Source: Patescibacteria group bacterium (GTDB taxonomy: Bacteria; Patescibacteriota; Patescibacteriia; CAIXNZ01). From it: DNA of 64,000 nt. This document shows, one piece after another, positions 18,450 to 28,493 of this stretch. The DNA lies in assembly GCA_041651155.1 (NCBI GenBank), contig JBAZJU010000001.1, positions 27,932 through 91,931 on the forward strand, in the 5' to 3' direction. The first letter of the stretch is position 1. The number at the start of each line of letters is the position of its first letter. A program made the translations under genes and the position numbers. The notes beneath the pieces were generated by a model that made no database searches, was not told the origin of the DNA, and worked only from the letters and a program-made list of their open reading frames with translations.

Positions 18450-19754
18450 TTAATCAATTTTTTTAATATCAGCGCCCAAGGAAGAATTTAATCTGTCAGC
18501 AATATTTTCATAACCGCGGTCAATCGGATAAGAATTTCGTAAAATAGATTCGCCTTTAGCTGCCAACATGCAAATGAGCAAGTTAATTGATGGCCTCAGG
18601 GCTGGCGGGCAAATAACTTCAGCTGGTAAAAGTTCTGTTGGGCCAGTAACTAAAATGCGATGAGGATCAAGCAGAGTAATATTGGCGCCCATGCGCTTTA
18701 ATTCAATCGCATAAATCAAACGGTCTTCATAAACCCAGTCATGGACCAGGGTTTGTCCCTCGGCTTGGGTTAGAATGGGAATAAATATTGGCAGATTATC
18801 AATATTTAAACCAGGATAAGGTTGCGGATGGATTTTATCTGGTAAGGCAGTCAGTTTGGACGGAAAGATTTCAATATCAACTAAATCAAAAAATCCATTT
18901 TTAGATTTATAAATCTGGCTTAATTCAAATTTTTGGCCCATCACTCGTAATTTTTCTAATTCCAGACTCAGAAAATCAATGGGGCAATTGGTTATTTTAA
19001 AATTTGACTTAGTGGTAATGGCAATGGCCATAAAAGCCATGGCTTCAATCGGATCAGGCATGATTGGATAATCTGTCACTGGATTTAATTTCTCTACGCC
19101 CGTGATGGTTAGTTTTTTTGTGCCAATGCCGGAAATATTGGCGCCAGCCTGGTTTAGAAAATGACATAAGTCCTGGACCATGTAATTGGCAGAAGCAAAA
19201 TTAATTTCTGTTGTGCCAGGAATTAAGCAGGCTGCCATAATTGTATTTTCAGTGGCTGTATCGCCTGATTCATACATGGTAAATGAAGCAGCCTGGCGAT
19301 GTTTAGAATTAATTTGATATTCGCCATCTGATTCTTTTACTTCAATTTTTAAATGGTCAAAAGCAATTAAATATGGATTAACTGTTCTTTTGCCAAGTTT
19401 GCAGCCGCCTGCTTTGGGCATGGAAAATTTTTCCAGTTGGCTAGATAAAGCACCCATTAATAGCAGGGCAGAACGTGTTTTACAAAATGATTCTTTGTTG
19501 ATTTTTTCTGGCAGTAGATTGCCATTATTGGTTATTTCTAAACTATGTTCATTCAGCCATTTTATTTCTAAGCCAAGTGAAGTCAGGATTTCAATAATTC
19601 TTTTAACCTCTTCAATGGCCGGCACATCAATTAAAGTTGTTTTGCCTGGGATCATGGCTGTGGCGCACAAAATCGCTACGGCTGAATTTTTCGCCGAGTT
19701 GGTCTTGATTTCACCTTGTAATTTTTTTCCGCCGTTGACTAAGAATGTAGACAT
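18450..19754 (-). CDS. murA: UDP-N-acetylglucosamine 1-carboxyvinyltransferase
   Basis: AKNSA, GGCKLGKR, ATEN, PDPIEA, PYPG, IDRGYE. Confidence 0.93.
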   Translation of the reverse strand: MSTFLVNGGKKLQGEIKTNSAKNSAVAILCATAMIPGKTTLIDVPAIEEVKRIIEILTSLGLEIKWLNEHSLEITNNGNLLPEKINKESFCKTRSALLLMGALSSQLEKFSMPKAGGCKLGKRTVNPYLIAFDHLKIEVKESDGEYQINSKHRQAASFTMYESGDTATENTIMAACLIPGTTEINFASANYMVQDLCHFLNQAGANISGIGTKKLTITGVEKLNPVTDYPIMPDPIEAMAFMAIAITTKSNFKITNCPIDFLSLELEKLRVMGQKFELSQIYKSKNGFFDLVDIEIFPSKLTALPDKIHPQPYPGLNIDNLPIFIPILTQAEGQTLVHDWVYEDRLIYAIELKRMGANITLLDPHRILVTGPTELLPAEVICPPALRPSINLLICMLAAKGESILRNSYPIDRGYENIADRLNSSLGADIKKID

Positions 19755-19824
19755 AATAAAAGTTTAAGATAAAATTATTGTAGCTTATTTTGGGAGTTTT
19801 GGCAATCGTGATAATTGGTTGAGG

Positions 19825-19854
19825 CCGCCGCCCCGACGTACGTCGGGGCGGCGG
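19825..19854. repeat. Perfect 30 bp GC-rich palindrome
   Basis: CCGCCGCCCCGACGT/ACGTCGGGGCGGCGG. Confidence 0.85.
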
Positions 19855-19933
19855 TCACTTTAAATTTGTAATTTTTTTTATGACATGATAAGTTAAATAA
19901 AATCAGAACTTTATATTTCAAAAGGAGGAAGGG

Positions 19934-20404
19934 ATGAAAAAAAATAATTTTTGGCTTGTTTTGGTTCTGTTAGCTGCAGTAGCAATCGGTCTGGGGTTGA
20001 GTGTTCTTAGGGAGCATTACGTACAATATAAGTACCACCAGCAATATTGCGAAGAGTTGTTGGATAGCTCAGCCCCTAACACTGGTTATCCAAAAAACTA
20101 TAGTGCCATGCGCCAGTATTATCACTGCGTACTGTCGCTTAATGAAGATGTGAATTGCTATCAAAAATACCGTCAGGAAATAATCGATTGTCAGCAATCG
20201 AGCAAAGAAAAGATGTCAGAGGAAGAAATAAAACGCCATTTAGCTGGCGGAGCCATTGAAGAAATTTGTCAGGACACTGCAAAATTATGCACCGAGAGCC
20301 AAAAGGAATTTACCGGTGATGAAGATTTAAAAAAAGCAATGCTAATACTTTGCATAGAAAAGACCAGGAAAGCCTGCACTGACCTAGGCATTGAATGGAA
20401 ATAA
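19934..20404 (+). CDS. Exported Cys-rich protein, family member 1
   Basis: SD; N-terminal TM; 8 Cys; C-terminal half nearly identical to 26056..26520. Confidence 0.75.
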   Translation: MKKNNFWLVLVLLAAVAIGLGLSVLREHYVQYKYHQQYCEELLDSSAPNTGYPKNYSAMRQYYHCVLSLNEDVNCYQKYRQEIIDCQQSSKEKMSEEEIKRHLAGGAIEEICQDTAKLCTESQKEFTGDEDLKKAMLILCIEKTRKACTDLGIEWK

Positions 20405-20444
20405 AAATAGCCCCGTTATAACAAACGGGGCTTAATTTTTTTGA

Positions 20445-21170
20445 TTAGTTGAATTTAATCTTGTCGCGATATTTTGGATCTATGCTTTCCCGGAAAACCT
20501 TGGGAAAATATGGTTTTAGCTTCTGGTAAAAAGAAACGTCCGTTTTCATTAAATCCTCAAATGTTGCCAGGGAGGTTGCTGTTTTAAGGTCAACGTGGAA
20601 AAGCTCCATTAATTGGCAAACATTAGGATTAGTCTGCTTTAAAAAATTATTTTTTTGAGCAAAAGATGTTTCTGCCAACTTAGCGCCATCTTCGTCAAGG
20701 TAAACAATCTTCGTGCCTTCTTCTAATGAGATTGTTTTCTCTTTTTCAGGACTGATTTTAATGTCATGGTAAATATGATAGTGCTCATGGACTAGTACGC
20801 ACCAGAGTTCTTCCTGTCTAGCCGTTTGAAAAGATCTGAGGCTGATTTCCAGAGTTTTATTTTTAGGATCATATTTTGCTGGTACTTTCATTACTCCGGT
20901 AATAATGCCCAAAGTTAATTGGTTGTTATTGAGCAGATCATAATAGTCAGCTTTGACTTTTGCATCAGGCAAAGTATCCAGAGCATGGTAAAAAGGCTCG
21001 CTGGCCGCTTCCATCTGACTTTGATTATGGGAGAGATAGATTATGCCCCCAAAAATAATAACAATAATGGGAATAGACACATAGAAAATTTTGTTGCTTT
21101 TTGTCTGGCAACTGCAATTTTTGATTTTTTGCCTGCATTTGGGACACTTGTTGTTTGGTGATTTTTTCAC
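20445..21170 (-). CDS. Membrane-anchored HExxH zinc metallopeptidase-like protein
   Basis: N-terminal CPKC..CSC, TM helix, VLVHEHYH and downstream E. Start moved to GTG 21170 after AAAGGAG. Confidence 0.65.
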   Translation of the reverse strand: MKKSPNNKCPKCRQKIKNCSCQTKSNKIFYVSIPIIVIIFGGIIYLSHNQSQMEAASEPFYHALDTLPDAKVKADYYDLLNNNQLTLGIITGVMKVPAKYDPKNKTLEISLRSFQTARQEELWCVLVHEHYHIYHDIKISPEKEKTISLEEGTKIVYLDEDGAKLAETSFAQKNNFLKQTNPNVCQLMELFHVDLKTATSLATFEDLMKTDVSFYQKLKPYFPKVFRESIDPKYRDKIKFN

Positions 21171-21396
21171 TTTAATCACTCCTTTCTAAATAGATTTTGT
21201 CAAAGGACTTAATAGTCCTAAATGTTTAATATTAGCAATAAAATGAGAAAAAGTCAAGGGTAATGTAATGATATGTAATAATAAATAAATCCCAATCATT
21301 TTTGACTGGGATTTTTTTATCACACTTGTAAAAATTTTTCATTGATGATATTTTGAAATAAATTAGTTTGAAGGTATTCTTTTAACAAAGGAGGAA

Positions 21397-21831
21397 ATGA
21401 TGGAAAAATTTGCGTCTAAGACAATCTTGGTTCTAATTATTTTAAGCTTGGGAGGATTTATTTTAATTTTTTCTGTAAAAGATTCCCCCCAATTTGACAG
21501 CCAGAAACAAATTAACCAGAAAGTAAATATTCTTTCTGAACAAGAAAAATGTGAGACATCGTTGTCGTCCTTAACCCAAAAAAGACCCTTTTGCCAAGAT
21601 TTGAATTTTTGTCCTGAACCATGCTGGCCAGAACTCAGAGCAGAAATTACTCATTGTTTACAATTAAAAGGGGAATCTGTTAACCCTGAAAAGATCGAAG
21701 GATATTTAAAAAATAATTTTCCACCTGCATGGTTCGCAGAATCAAGAGCAGCTTGTAAAAGTTGGGCTAAAACAGATCAGGAGCTCAAAGACTGTTTGCG
21801 TGGCTATGAGCAAACTTGTTCAAAAAAATAG
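21397..21831 (+). CDS. Exported Cys-rich protein, family member 2
   Basis: SD; TM; 8 Cys; R.EI..C pattern shared with 19934. Confidence 0.65.
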   Translation: MMEKFASKTILVLIILSLGGFILIFSVKDSPQFDSQKQINQKVNILSEQEKCETSLSSLTQKRPFCQDLNFCPEPCWPELRAEITHCLQLKGESVNPEKIEGYLKNNFPPAWFAESRAACKSWAKTDQELKDCLRGYEQTCSKK

Positions 21832-21990
21832 TGCTTCTTATTATAAAGAGCCAATACCCCATAAAAATTTGGGGTATTTTTTTATTACAATCATTGACTT
21901 ATTGAAAATTTTGCGCTAAGATTGGATATTAAAATCAAAAAAAATTGACGTACCTTGAAAGGAGGTTAAAAAAGTGAAAAGAAAGGCATA

Positions 21991-22269
21991 GTGCTCGATG
22001 GTTGCAATTGTGCTATCTCGCACATGACCCTGCTTCCAAATGGAACTGTTTATGCGTGCCGACGATTCGATAGTCTGGTTGGCAACATATTTGAACAAAG
22101 CTTTAAGGAAATATTCTTGTCTCCAGAAATGGATAAATATCGCCAGGTGGAGAAACTATCTGGTTGCGCAAAGTGCGACCTCCTGTATTATTGTAGAGGG
22201 TGCCATGCAGTTGCAGCCGGTACAACTGGTGATTTTTTTGACAAAGATCCCCAATGTTGGCGAAGTTAG
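21991..22269 (+). pseudogene. C-terminal SPASM fragment of a radical SAM protein
   Basis: C...PNG.VYAC, VGN, CxxCx5CxGC, DPQC. No radical SAM core; in-frame TAA at 21967; joined to a promoter block copied at 27498. Confidence 0.75.
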
Positions 22270-22332
22270 TATTTAAGCGGTAGCAAAATATAGTGCTATC
22301 GCTTTTTTAACATTTTAGATATAATAAAAAAT

Positions 22333-22935
22333 ATGAAATACAATAATATTTATAAACAAAATCAAAAGGTTTGGGGTCAGGAACCCAATAAGCTCCTGCA
22401 AATGATTTGGCAAAAAGTAAAGCCCAAATCATATTTCTTAGATTTGGGTTGCGGACAGGGGCGGGATTCAGTTTTTATGGCCAAACAAAGATTTAAAGTT
22501 GTGGCTATTGATGAATCTAAAGAGGCAATTGAGCAGTTAAGGGCAAGGGCTGTCAAAGAAAATTTAAAAATTGAAACAATTTGCCAGAGCATTGCGGATT
22601 ATAAAATTGTCAAAGATAAATTTTCAATCATAAATGCCTATAATATTTTTCAATTTTTGGATAAAGGCAAGACAGGGGAGATTATTGATAGCATTAAAAA
22701 AAATTTAAAGCCTGCTGGTTATGCAATAATTTCTGGCTTTACTGTTAGTGATTCCTTATATTTAAAGCAGGAAAATAAATCTAAGGGATATTTTAGCACC
22801 GATGAATTAAGGGAATTATTTAATAATTTTGAAATTATATTTTACTTTGAGGGAGAAATTGTAGATAAAGGACATGCGGGTGCGAATTTAACGCATAAAC
22901 ACAATGTTGTGCGGATAATTGTCAGAAAATTTTAA
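22333..22935 (+). CDS. Class I SAM methyltransferase (TehB-like)
   Basis: LDLGCGQGRDS; LKPAG. Confidence 0.85.
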   Translation: MKYNNIYKQNQKVWGQEPNKLLQMIWQKVKPKSYFLDLGCGQGRDSVFMAKQRFKVVAIDESKEAIEQLRARAVKENLKIETICQSIADYKIVKDKFSIINAYNIFQFLDKGKTGEIIDSIKKNLKPAGYAIISGFTVSDSLYLKQENKSKGYFSTDELRELFNNFEIIFYFEGEIVDKGHAGANLTHKHNVVRIIVRKF

Positions 22936-22941
22936 TACTAT

Positions 22942-23415
22942 ATGCTAGAAGATATTAGAATAAAATTAGTTACCAAGCTTAATGATTCACAAATAAGACA
23001 ACTTGTTCGTATTTTAAATTATGACAAAAAATTAAATCAGAGTTTAGGTAATAAAAAAAATAAAATTACAGTTAAACAGTTTAAATCTAAAAATAAAGCT
23101 TGGGCAAAAGATAATCAGGCAAAAATGTTTGCCATTATGTATAAAAACCGGGCTATTGGCATGATTTCATTAAGCCATATTAATTTAAAGGATAAAAAGG
23201 CAAATATCGGATATTGGTTAACCAGTAAGCATTGGGGAAAGAGTATTACTACTGAAGCGTTTAAACAAGTATTAGCAATCGCCAAAAGAAATAAAATAAA
23301 ATATGTTTCTTGTACAATAGCTAAAAACAATAAATCCTCTTTGGGTATCTGGCAAACATATCGGGCTAGTATTAAAAGAAATAGAGACAATATAATACCG
23401 CTTATTAAGTTGTGA
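22942..23415 (+). CDS. GNAT (RimJ/RimL-like) acetyltransferase
   Basis: IGMISL, ANIGYWL...HWGKSITTEA, N.SS. Confidence 0.8.
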   Translation: MLEDIRIKLVTKLNDSQIRQLVRILNYDKKLNQSLGNKKNKITVKQFKSKNKAWAKDNQAKMFAIMYKNRAIGMISLSHINLKDKKANIGYWLTSKHWGKSITTEAFKQVLAIAKRNKIKYVSCTIAKNNKSSLGIWQTYRASIKRNRDNIIPLIKL

Positions 23416-23473
23416 ATGTTATTTAATTTTCCATTTTTGGTATCAGGATATATAATATTTACAGTAACGGCTT

Positions 23474-24295
23474 ATGAAAGATAAATTTAATAAAATTTTT
23501 AATAAAAATAAAAACATAGTTATCGGAGCAATTCATTTTCCTCCGCTTTTAGGATATCCTGATTTTCCCGGGTTGGAAATTGCAATAAGTAATGCTTTAA
23601 ATGATTTGAAGACCTTTGAGCAAGGCGGTGTTGACACTGTAATTTTTGAAAATAATTATGATTTGCCGCATAAAGAATTTGTTGAACCAGAAACAGTGGC
23701 AGCTATGACATTTTTAGGCACCAAATTAAAAGCAGCAACTGCATTACCCTTAGGAATTAATGTTTTATGGAATGATTACAAAACTTCCTTGGCCATTGCT
23801 AAAATTTTAGGTTTGAAATTTATACGTGTGCCTGTCTTTGTGGATGAAGTAAAAACCGATTACGGCGTGATTAAAGGCGACCCGCAGACAATTCGCAATT
23901 TTCAGAAATCAATAGGTGCTGATGAAGTAGCTTTATTTACTGACATTCATGTTAAACATGCCGAATTATTATCTAAATTATCCCTCGTTGAATCGGCGAA
24001 ATTAGCGATTGCTAATGGCAGTGATGCCGTTATTGTTACGGGCAAGTGGACTGGCGATGCACCCGATTATGGGGAACTAGAATTATTAAGAAATAATATC
24101 GGCGATTTTCCTTTAATCGCTGGAAGTGGTTGTAATAAAGATAACATTAAGGAAGTTTTTAATTATTGCAATGCTGCAATTGTGAGCACGGCATTAAAAG
24201 AGGGAGAAGTTACAAAAAAGGAGATTAATTTAAAAAATTGGATGCAGAGAATAAGCGAAAATAAAGTAAAAGAGTTTATGAAAGCAATAGTTTAA
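23474..24295 (+). CDS. BtpA/SgcQ family TIM-barrel protein
   Basis: IGAIHFPPLLG, ENNYDLP, GINVLWND, DIHVKH, VIVTG.WTG, GSG. Confidence 0.9.
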   Translation: MKDKFNKIFNKNKNIVIGAIHFPPLLGYPDFPGLEIAISNALNDLKTFEQGGVDTVIFENNYDLPHKEFVEPETVAAMTFLGTKLKAATALPLGINVLWNDYKTSLAIAKILGLKFIRVPVFVDEVKTDYGVIKGDPQTIRNFQKSIGADEVALFTDIHVKHAELLSKLSLVESAKLAIANGSDAVIVTGKWTGDAPDYGELELLRNNIGDFPLIAGSGCNKDNIKEVFNYCNAAIVSTALKEGEVTKKEINLKNWMQRISENKVKEFMKAIV

Positions 24296-24338
24296 GAGTA
24301 AGAGAAGATTTATATTAAAAATAAATAATATACACATA

Positions 24339-25280
24339 ATGACTAAAACAACAGAATTTAATAATGTATTTGAAATACTAATTTATTATGAGTTGAGTGA
24401 AAATGGTCCTGTTCATATTATGCGTGAATCTGGTGATAACAAAGTATATCTTATCGGAGAGAAAGATAAAAAGATATTACGTGTAAGTAAACGGTTACCA
24501 ATAGAGGATGTTCAGTTTGAATATGAAGTTTTAAAGCATCTCGCTAATAATAATTTCCCAGTTCCAGTGTGGGTCAAAACAAAAGAGGGTGCTTTATACG
24601 CATCTATAGCAGGTGTTGCCGTAGCTGTTATGTTTGAATTTTTGGAAGGTTATCACGCTCCTGTTAATAAAGATATTTTACCAGCAATAGAACAAGCACA
24701 CAGTGCTGGACGAGCTTTAGGATCTATGGCTGAAATTGGTAAAACCTTTAAATCGTCGTCTTTTCGTCGAAGAAATATATTCAGTGAATTAGAGAGAGTT
24801 CTACAAAACGAGGAAATTTTCAAGAATGATTTTGAAGGAGGGGATACTTTTGTTGAGCAAGTAAAACAAGTTATTAAATTTGGTCAGGAAGCTCAAACTT
24901 CAATTGGACTTATCCACAATGATTATCGATCTGGAAATGTCTTTTTCAAAAATGACAATGAGATTAGCGGGGTCATAGACTTCGATTGGAGTTGCATAGG
25001 CCCCCACATAAAAGATCTTGGACTGGCAGTGTTAGAATGGTCCTTTTCTGATGGTCAAACTGAGCCTGACTTTACAGTATTTGATGCGTTTTTAGATGGG
25101 TATAATTCAATATCGACGCAAAAATATACAAAAGGTAAAGAATTATATTTATGGATAATGTTTGCTGCATTGTCAGACGCCTCAACTTATTTTTGTGACA
25201 GATTAAATCAGCCTAATTTGGTAAAAGATATTTCTTCTTCACATATGTACCAGAAATATCTTTTCTTTTCAAAATTATAA
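24339..25280 (+). CDS. APH/homoserine kinase type II-like phosphotransferase
   Basis: LIHNDYRSGNV and VIDFD motifs. Confidence 0.85.
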   Translation: MTKTTEFNNVFEILIYYELSENGPVHIMRESGDNKVYLIGEKDKKILRVSKRLPIEDVQFEYEVLKHLANNNFPVPVWVKTKEGALYASIAGVAVAVMFEFLEGYHAPVNKDILPAIEQAHSAGRALGSMAEIGKTFKSSSFRRRNIFSELERVLQNEEIFKNDFEGGDTFVEQVKQVIKFGQEAQTSIGLIHNDYRSGNVFFKNDNEISGVIDFDWSCIGPHIKDLGLAVLEWSFSDGQTEPDFTVFDAFLDGYNSISTQKYTKGKELYLWIMFAALSDASTYFCDRLNQPNLVKDISSSHMYQKYLFFSKL

Positions 25281-25334
25281 AAAAGAAATCAATGTCATTA
25301 AAAAACAAAGTAAATTACTAAAAACAATAAATTT

Positions 25335-25883
25335 ATGAACAATAAAAAGGAAATAGAGTTCAGAGGCATCTTGGGGAAAAAACAATATTTTGATCTACTA
25401 AAGAAATTGATTTCACGCGGCTATGCCCATGAAAAAGATGATAAAATTTCATATTTTTTTGTGCGCAAAAAAGGGATATTTAAAATAAATGATGAAATTT
25501 CTAAAAACCAAGCTAAAATATCCTTAAAACTTGGTGATGAAGAGAATGGCAAATTGTATGAAAGCGAAGTCTCTCTTGATCGACGTCACTTCAACGATTT
25601 GCTATTTATTTTTCAAAAACTTGGATTTACAAAATATCATAAAGTTGAACAAAAAAGAGACAACTTCTTGTTAAAAGATTTTGACGTTGAACTTTCGCTT
25701 AAATATACGCTTGATTTTCAATATCATTTTGAAATTGAATATTTGGGTAACAAAATAAAATCTGAAAATAAAATTAAAAAATACTTAAAAGAAGTATGTG
25801 ATAAATTTAATATAGTACCTTTAGAAGAAAAGGAATTATTACAGAGAATTCAAGATATTAAGAAGAAACATCGGTTGCACTAA
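25335..25883 (+). CDS. CYTH-domain protein
   Basis: N-terminal EIEFR, K.G, ESE, EQKR, FEIE. Confidence 0.75.
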   Translation: MNNKKEIEFRGILGKKQYFDLLKKLISRGYAHEKDDKISYFFVRKKGIFKINDEISKNQAKISLKLGDEENGKLYESEVSLDRRHFNDLLFIFQKLGFTKYHKVEQKRDNFLLKDFDVELSLKYTLDFQYHFEIEYLGNKIKSENKIKKYLKEVCDKFNIVPLEEKELLQRIQDIKKKHRLH

Positions 25884-26055
25884 GAGCTTATAGATATCAT
25901 TTTAGAAGTTTAGTTTATTATAAAAGACTAATTTTTAATAAAATTCCAATCATTTTTGACCGGGATTTTTTAAACCCACTTGCAATAATTTCAGATAGAT
26001 GGTAATTTGAAATAAATTCAGTTCTAAAATCTAATAACTTAACAAGGAGGAAAAA

Positions 26056-26520
26056 GTGAAGAAAAAGATTGCTCTGGTGATAGTAATCGTCCTAATAATT
26101 AGCACCTTGCTTTTACTCAAACAAAAATATCAAGAGTACAAATATAGAAAGCATTACTGTGAATTATTATTAAACGGTTCCGATCCTTACCGAGGCTTCC
26201 CTAAGGGTTATGCCATCCGTCAGTACTATCATTGCATCATGTCTGATCAAGCTTATAGAGAAAATACCAATTGTTACCAGCAATATCGCCAGGAAATAAT
26301 TGATTGTCAGCAATCAAGTGAAAAAAAGATGTCAGAAGAAGAGATAAGGCGGCATTTGACTGGCGGAGCAATGGACGAAATTTGCCAGGATACTGCAAAA
26401 TTATGCACCGAGAGCCAAAAGGAATTTACCGGTGATGAAGATTTAAAAAAAGCAATGCTAATCCTTTGCATAGAAAAGACCAGGAAAGCCTGCACTGACC
26501 TAGGCATTGAATGGAAATAA
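26056..26520 (+). CDS. Exported Cys-rich protein, family member 3 (recent paralog of 19934)
   Basis: Identical C-terminal ~45 aa; SD AAGGAGG. Confidence 0.75.
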   Translation: MKKKIALVIVIVLIISTLLLLKQKYQEYKYRKHYCELLLNGSDPYRGFPKGYAIRQYYHCIMSDQAYRENTNCYQQYRQEIIDCQQSSEKKMSEEEIRRHLTGGAMDEICQDTAKLCTESQKEFTGDEDLKKAMLILCIEKTRKACTDLGIEWK

Positions 26521-26560
26521 AAATAGCCCCGTTATAACAAACGGGGCTTAATTTTTTTGA

Positions 26561-26900
26561 TTAGTTGAATTTAATCTTGTCGCGATATTTTGGATCTATG
26601 CTTTCCCGGAAAACCTTGGGAAAATATGGTTTTAGCTTTTGGTAAAAAGATATGTCTGTTTTCATTAAATCCTCAAATGTTGCCAGGGAGGTTGCTGTTT
26701 TAACCAGTAAACACTGGGGAAAGGGTATTACTACTGAAGCATTTAAAAAAATATTAGTCATTGCCAAAAGAAATAAAATAAAATATGTTTCTTGTACTAT
26801 ATCCAAAAATAATAAATCCTCTTTGGGCATCTGGCAAACATATTGTGCTAGAATTAAAAGAAATAAAGATAATATAATACCGTTTATAAAGTTGCGATGA
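26561..26900. pseudogene. Chimeric remnant: 3' end of the 20445 gene joined to the 3' end of the GNAT gene
   Basis: 26561-26703 matches 20445-20587; 26700-26897 matches 23218-23415; the junction shares TTAA. Confidence 0.8.
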
Positions 26901-27013
26901 TAATTTATTTTTTAAAGAAAAAATTCCAATCATTTTTGCTGGGGTTTTTATATTTGCTTTTTTCCTAATAAAATAGTAAATTAAAACAAAACTTGTTCTT
27001 CAAAGGAGGAGAA

Positions 27014-27460
27014 ATGAGAAAAAATATATTTCTGTGTATTCTTTGCTTTTCTTTGGTATTTCTGGCCGGAGGGAAAAAAACCGAGACAGACGAGCTTGAA
27101 GAGCTGATTTTATCATATAAATCACAAGGCGTGTCTATCTCAAAGGAAGAATTTTGCCAAGATTATCTTGATTATGTGTCCCAAAGAGAATATCTGCACT
27201 GCGGCCTAGCACCTAATCAGGTTGATTGCCAGTCCTATGTGATTAAGATGACTAAGCTATGTTTAAAAACGAAAGGACTGGAGCCAAACAATGATAATGT
27301 AGATAAAGTCATGGCAAAATTTTTAAGCGAAGATATCTTTTGCGAATTTTTGCAAAAGAAAATTAACGAGGTGAGCACTGAATCTGAGAAAGACGTCCTT
27401 AATATGTTAAAGGTGCAGTTTGAAACCGCAGCGAAAAAAAAGGTTAATTGCGCCAAATAA
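27014..27460 (+). CDS. Exported Cys-rich protein, family member 4
   Basis: SD AAAGGAGG; signal-like N-terminus; R.YLHC...C..Y......C pattern as in 19934 and 26056. Confidence 0.65.
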   Translation: MRKNIFLCILCFSLVFLAGGKKTETDELEELILSYKSQGVSISKEEFCQDYLDYVSQREYLHCGLAPNQVDCQSYVIKMTKLCLKTKGLEPNNDNVDKVMAKFLSEDIFCEFLQKKINEVSTESEKDVLNMLKVQFETAAKKKVNCAK

Positions 27461-27585
27461 ATCAATTTACCCTGATAATCTCAGGGTATTTTTTTGCACA
27501 AACCATTGACTTATTGAAAATTTTGTGCTAAGATTGGATATTAAAATCAAAACGAATTGACGTACCTTGAAAGGAGGTGAAAAAA

Positions 27586-28371
27586 GTGAAAAAGAAGCAA
27601 AGGATGAAGAGGCAATTAGATAAGCGCTCAAAATTCAAGAATTCTGCCATCCCTGTAAGTAAAACACAAAATCCAAGTAAAAGAAAAAGCATATATTTAT
27701 TGGTAGTTATATTCTGCGTCTTAGCGCTTGGCTTGATCTTGACAATAGTAAAAAGCGCAAATGCACCAGTAAATAAAGACACCACAGAGATCGGGTCGCA
27801 ATTGGAAGGCAAGGCAGCGATTGATAGATTTATGCAATTGCTTGCCAGTTTGCCAGACGATGATGCCCGCAACAACCTTTATGAGCAGATAAGCCGGAGA
27901 GGCTTAAGGTTAGAGCCTTATTCAGGCGAATATGTTATGGAATTCAAACCAAAGATTTCTGTTCTACGGTTTAATCCAGGCATACTTTCTTATCAAGAAG
28001 GTTACATCTGGTCGTATATGGTTCATGAAAATAGGCATATTGAAGATTGGCAAAATAAGCATGAGTCAGGCAAACTGTACTTGCCCTGCGAGATGGAAAG
28101 ATATATTTCCCATCAATGTAAAATAGAATGGTGGGAGGCTGAATTCAGGGCAGTTCAACAGCAAACGATTTTTCTGAAAAAAAATAATTTGGCGCAAGCC
28201 ATGCCTACTGGCCCCAGGGTAAATAATCGGGCAATATTTGAAAATAATAATGTTCGCCTGGCTGCGCTGATATTCTTACGGAATAATTATTATGAAAGTA
28301 AATCGCGATCACCTGATCTGCTGGAAGTTTTTCCGGAATTTTACGCAAAAAAATTAGCTGAAATCAGCTAG
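27586..28371 (+). CDS. Membrane-anchored HExxH zinc metallopeptidase-like protein
   Basis: Basic N-terminus, TM, YMVHENRH, EAEFRA; same layout as the 20445 gene. Confidence 0.65.
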   Translation: MKKKQRMKRQLDKRSKFKNSAIPVSKTQNPSKRKSIYLLVVIFCVLALGLILTIVKSANAPVNKDTTEIGSQLEGKAAIDRFMQLLASLPDDDARNNLYEQISRRGLRLEPYSGEYVMEFKPKISVLRFNPGILSYQEGYIWSYMVHENRHIEDWQNKHESGKLYLPCEMERYISHQCKIEWWEAEFRAVQQQTIFLKKNNLAQAMPTGPRVNNRAIFENNNVRLAALIFLRNNYYESKSRSPDLLEVFPEFYAKKLAEIS

Positions 28372-28493
28372 CAGATAAGCACTAAGTTTGAACTTGGTGC
28401 TTTTTTTATTTACCCTTGACATGTATTTTTATAGTTTTGTTTAATTGAATATAATATGTTATAATTTTTAAATAAATTTAACTAATATACAAA

